This document shows positions 63,311 to 64,000 of a DNA stretch of 64,000 nt, one piece after another. This DNA is from Hydrolagus colliei (Eukaryota). The DNA is taken from positions 4,588,001-4,652,000 of the forward strand of contig CM068748.1 in the NCBI GenBank assembly GCA_035084275.1, written 5' to 3'. The notes beneath the pieces are model-generated. The model was not told where the DNA came from, searched no databases, and saw only the letters and a list, made by a program, of their open reading frames with translations. Position numbers and translations under genes: made by a program. Each line of letters begins with the position of its first letter. Position 1 is the first letter of the stretch.

Positions 63311-64000
63311 ACTTGTTAGTTTCAACGTAGACTATTTGAGTACATGTCACGAATTGGACCTTGAAAGTGTTCTCACTGAGCCAGACTGAAAACCTTCTGT
63401 GATTTAGCTTAAGGTAGTTAATCAAGGTAATGAGAATGTGTCTCTACTAAGTAAAATAATTGCTGAACTGATTAGCTACTAGTTAATAAGAACAATGTAA
63501 GAAAAAAATGGGTTGAATATGGAGTGCAGACATCGATGTTGAATGATTATATAATGAGAGACGTTTGCAAAGTTAACCCTAAACAAATCCAAAATAGTTT
63601 GAGTGAGCATTCATGTTTACCTCGTACGTCGATTTTCTGAAACTAATAAAGGAAAAAAATCCATACAGTTTTATACCATTTAATGCTATTTCTTCTGCTT
63701 TGAACGCTGATACCAAATTCCCCCAAATTACAAATTGAATGTTGTTTAGTTCCTTCTATACCCTTTCCCACTTGGTTTAGCACTATTACGGAGTTTTCAT
63801 CAACTGTTTTAATTGATAGAATTGTGATTTTATAAAAACGAGTTTAAAAAATAATTTGCTCCTGAATTAGCGCTGTTTTAAACAGTTCAGTTCTTCGTTT
63901 TAGGGCTGTGCTCAAATGTGGCTAAGAGATGAAAGTTTCCCATTTCTGATGACTGCTAAGCTAAATTGAATCCAACAACAACAACAAAATTACACTTGTA

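Noticed and set aside
20467-64000. EBF3 or other gene exons downstream of MGMT
   Set aside because: No COE/IPT/HLH-like translation or recognisable exon was found. EBF3 is expected only from synteny, and small non-coding exons cannot be excluded.
1-64000. CRISPR arrays, operons or prokaryotic defence systems
   Set aside because: The sequence is eukaryotic (spliced gene, SINEs and LINEs), and no regularly spaced direct repeats were seen.

Overview
Vertebrate genomic DNA, AT-rich and repeat-rich. The repeat inventory (tRNA-headed Deu-domain SINEs, L2 and CR1 LINEs, Penelope and Harbinger relics) best fits a cartilaginous fish, possibly a holocephalan such as Callorhinchus; this is inference. 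The only host coding sequence I can support is the last two coding exons of MGMT (O6-methylguanine-DNA methyltransferase) on the + strand: 5640-5779 and 20296-20466, the latter carrying the PCHRV active site. The rest is intron plus about 43 kb of downstream gene desert; in other vertebrates EBF3 lies next, but no EBF3 exon is visible here. Almost all ORFs in the supplied track are spurious or transposon debris. The most notable items are: (1) a young composite, SVA-like retroelement present twice (CpG-rich head, T/G linker, polypyrimidine VNTR, duplicated SINE core, L2 hairpin tail); (2) an internally deleted non-autonomous L2 family sharing one breakpoint in two copies; (3) a three-level CR1>L2>SINE nest with the SINE sitting in the RT YxDD motif; (4) ancient LF-SINE/AmnSINE-like relics and several candidate conserved non-coding elements. 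Family names come from recalled consensus sequences, not database searches. I found no support for a novel protein-coding system.
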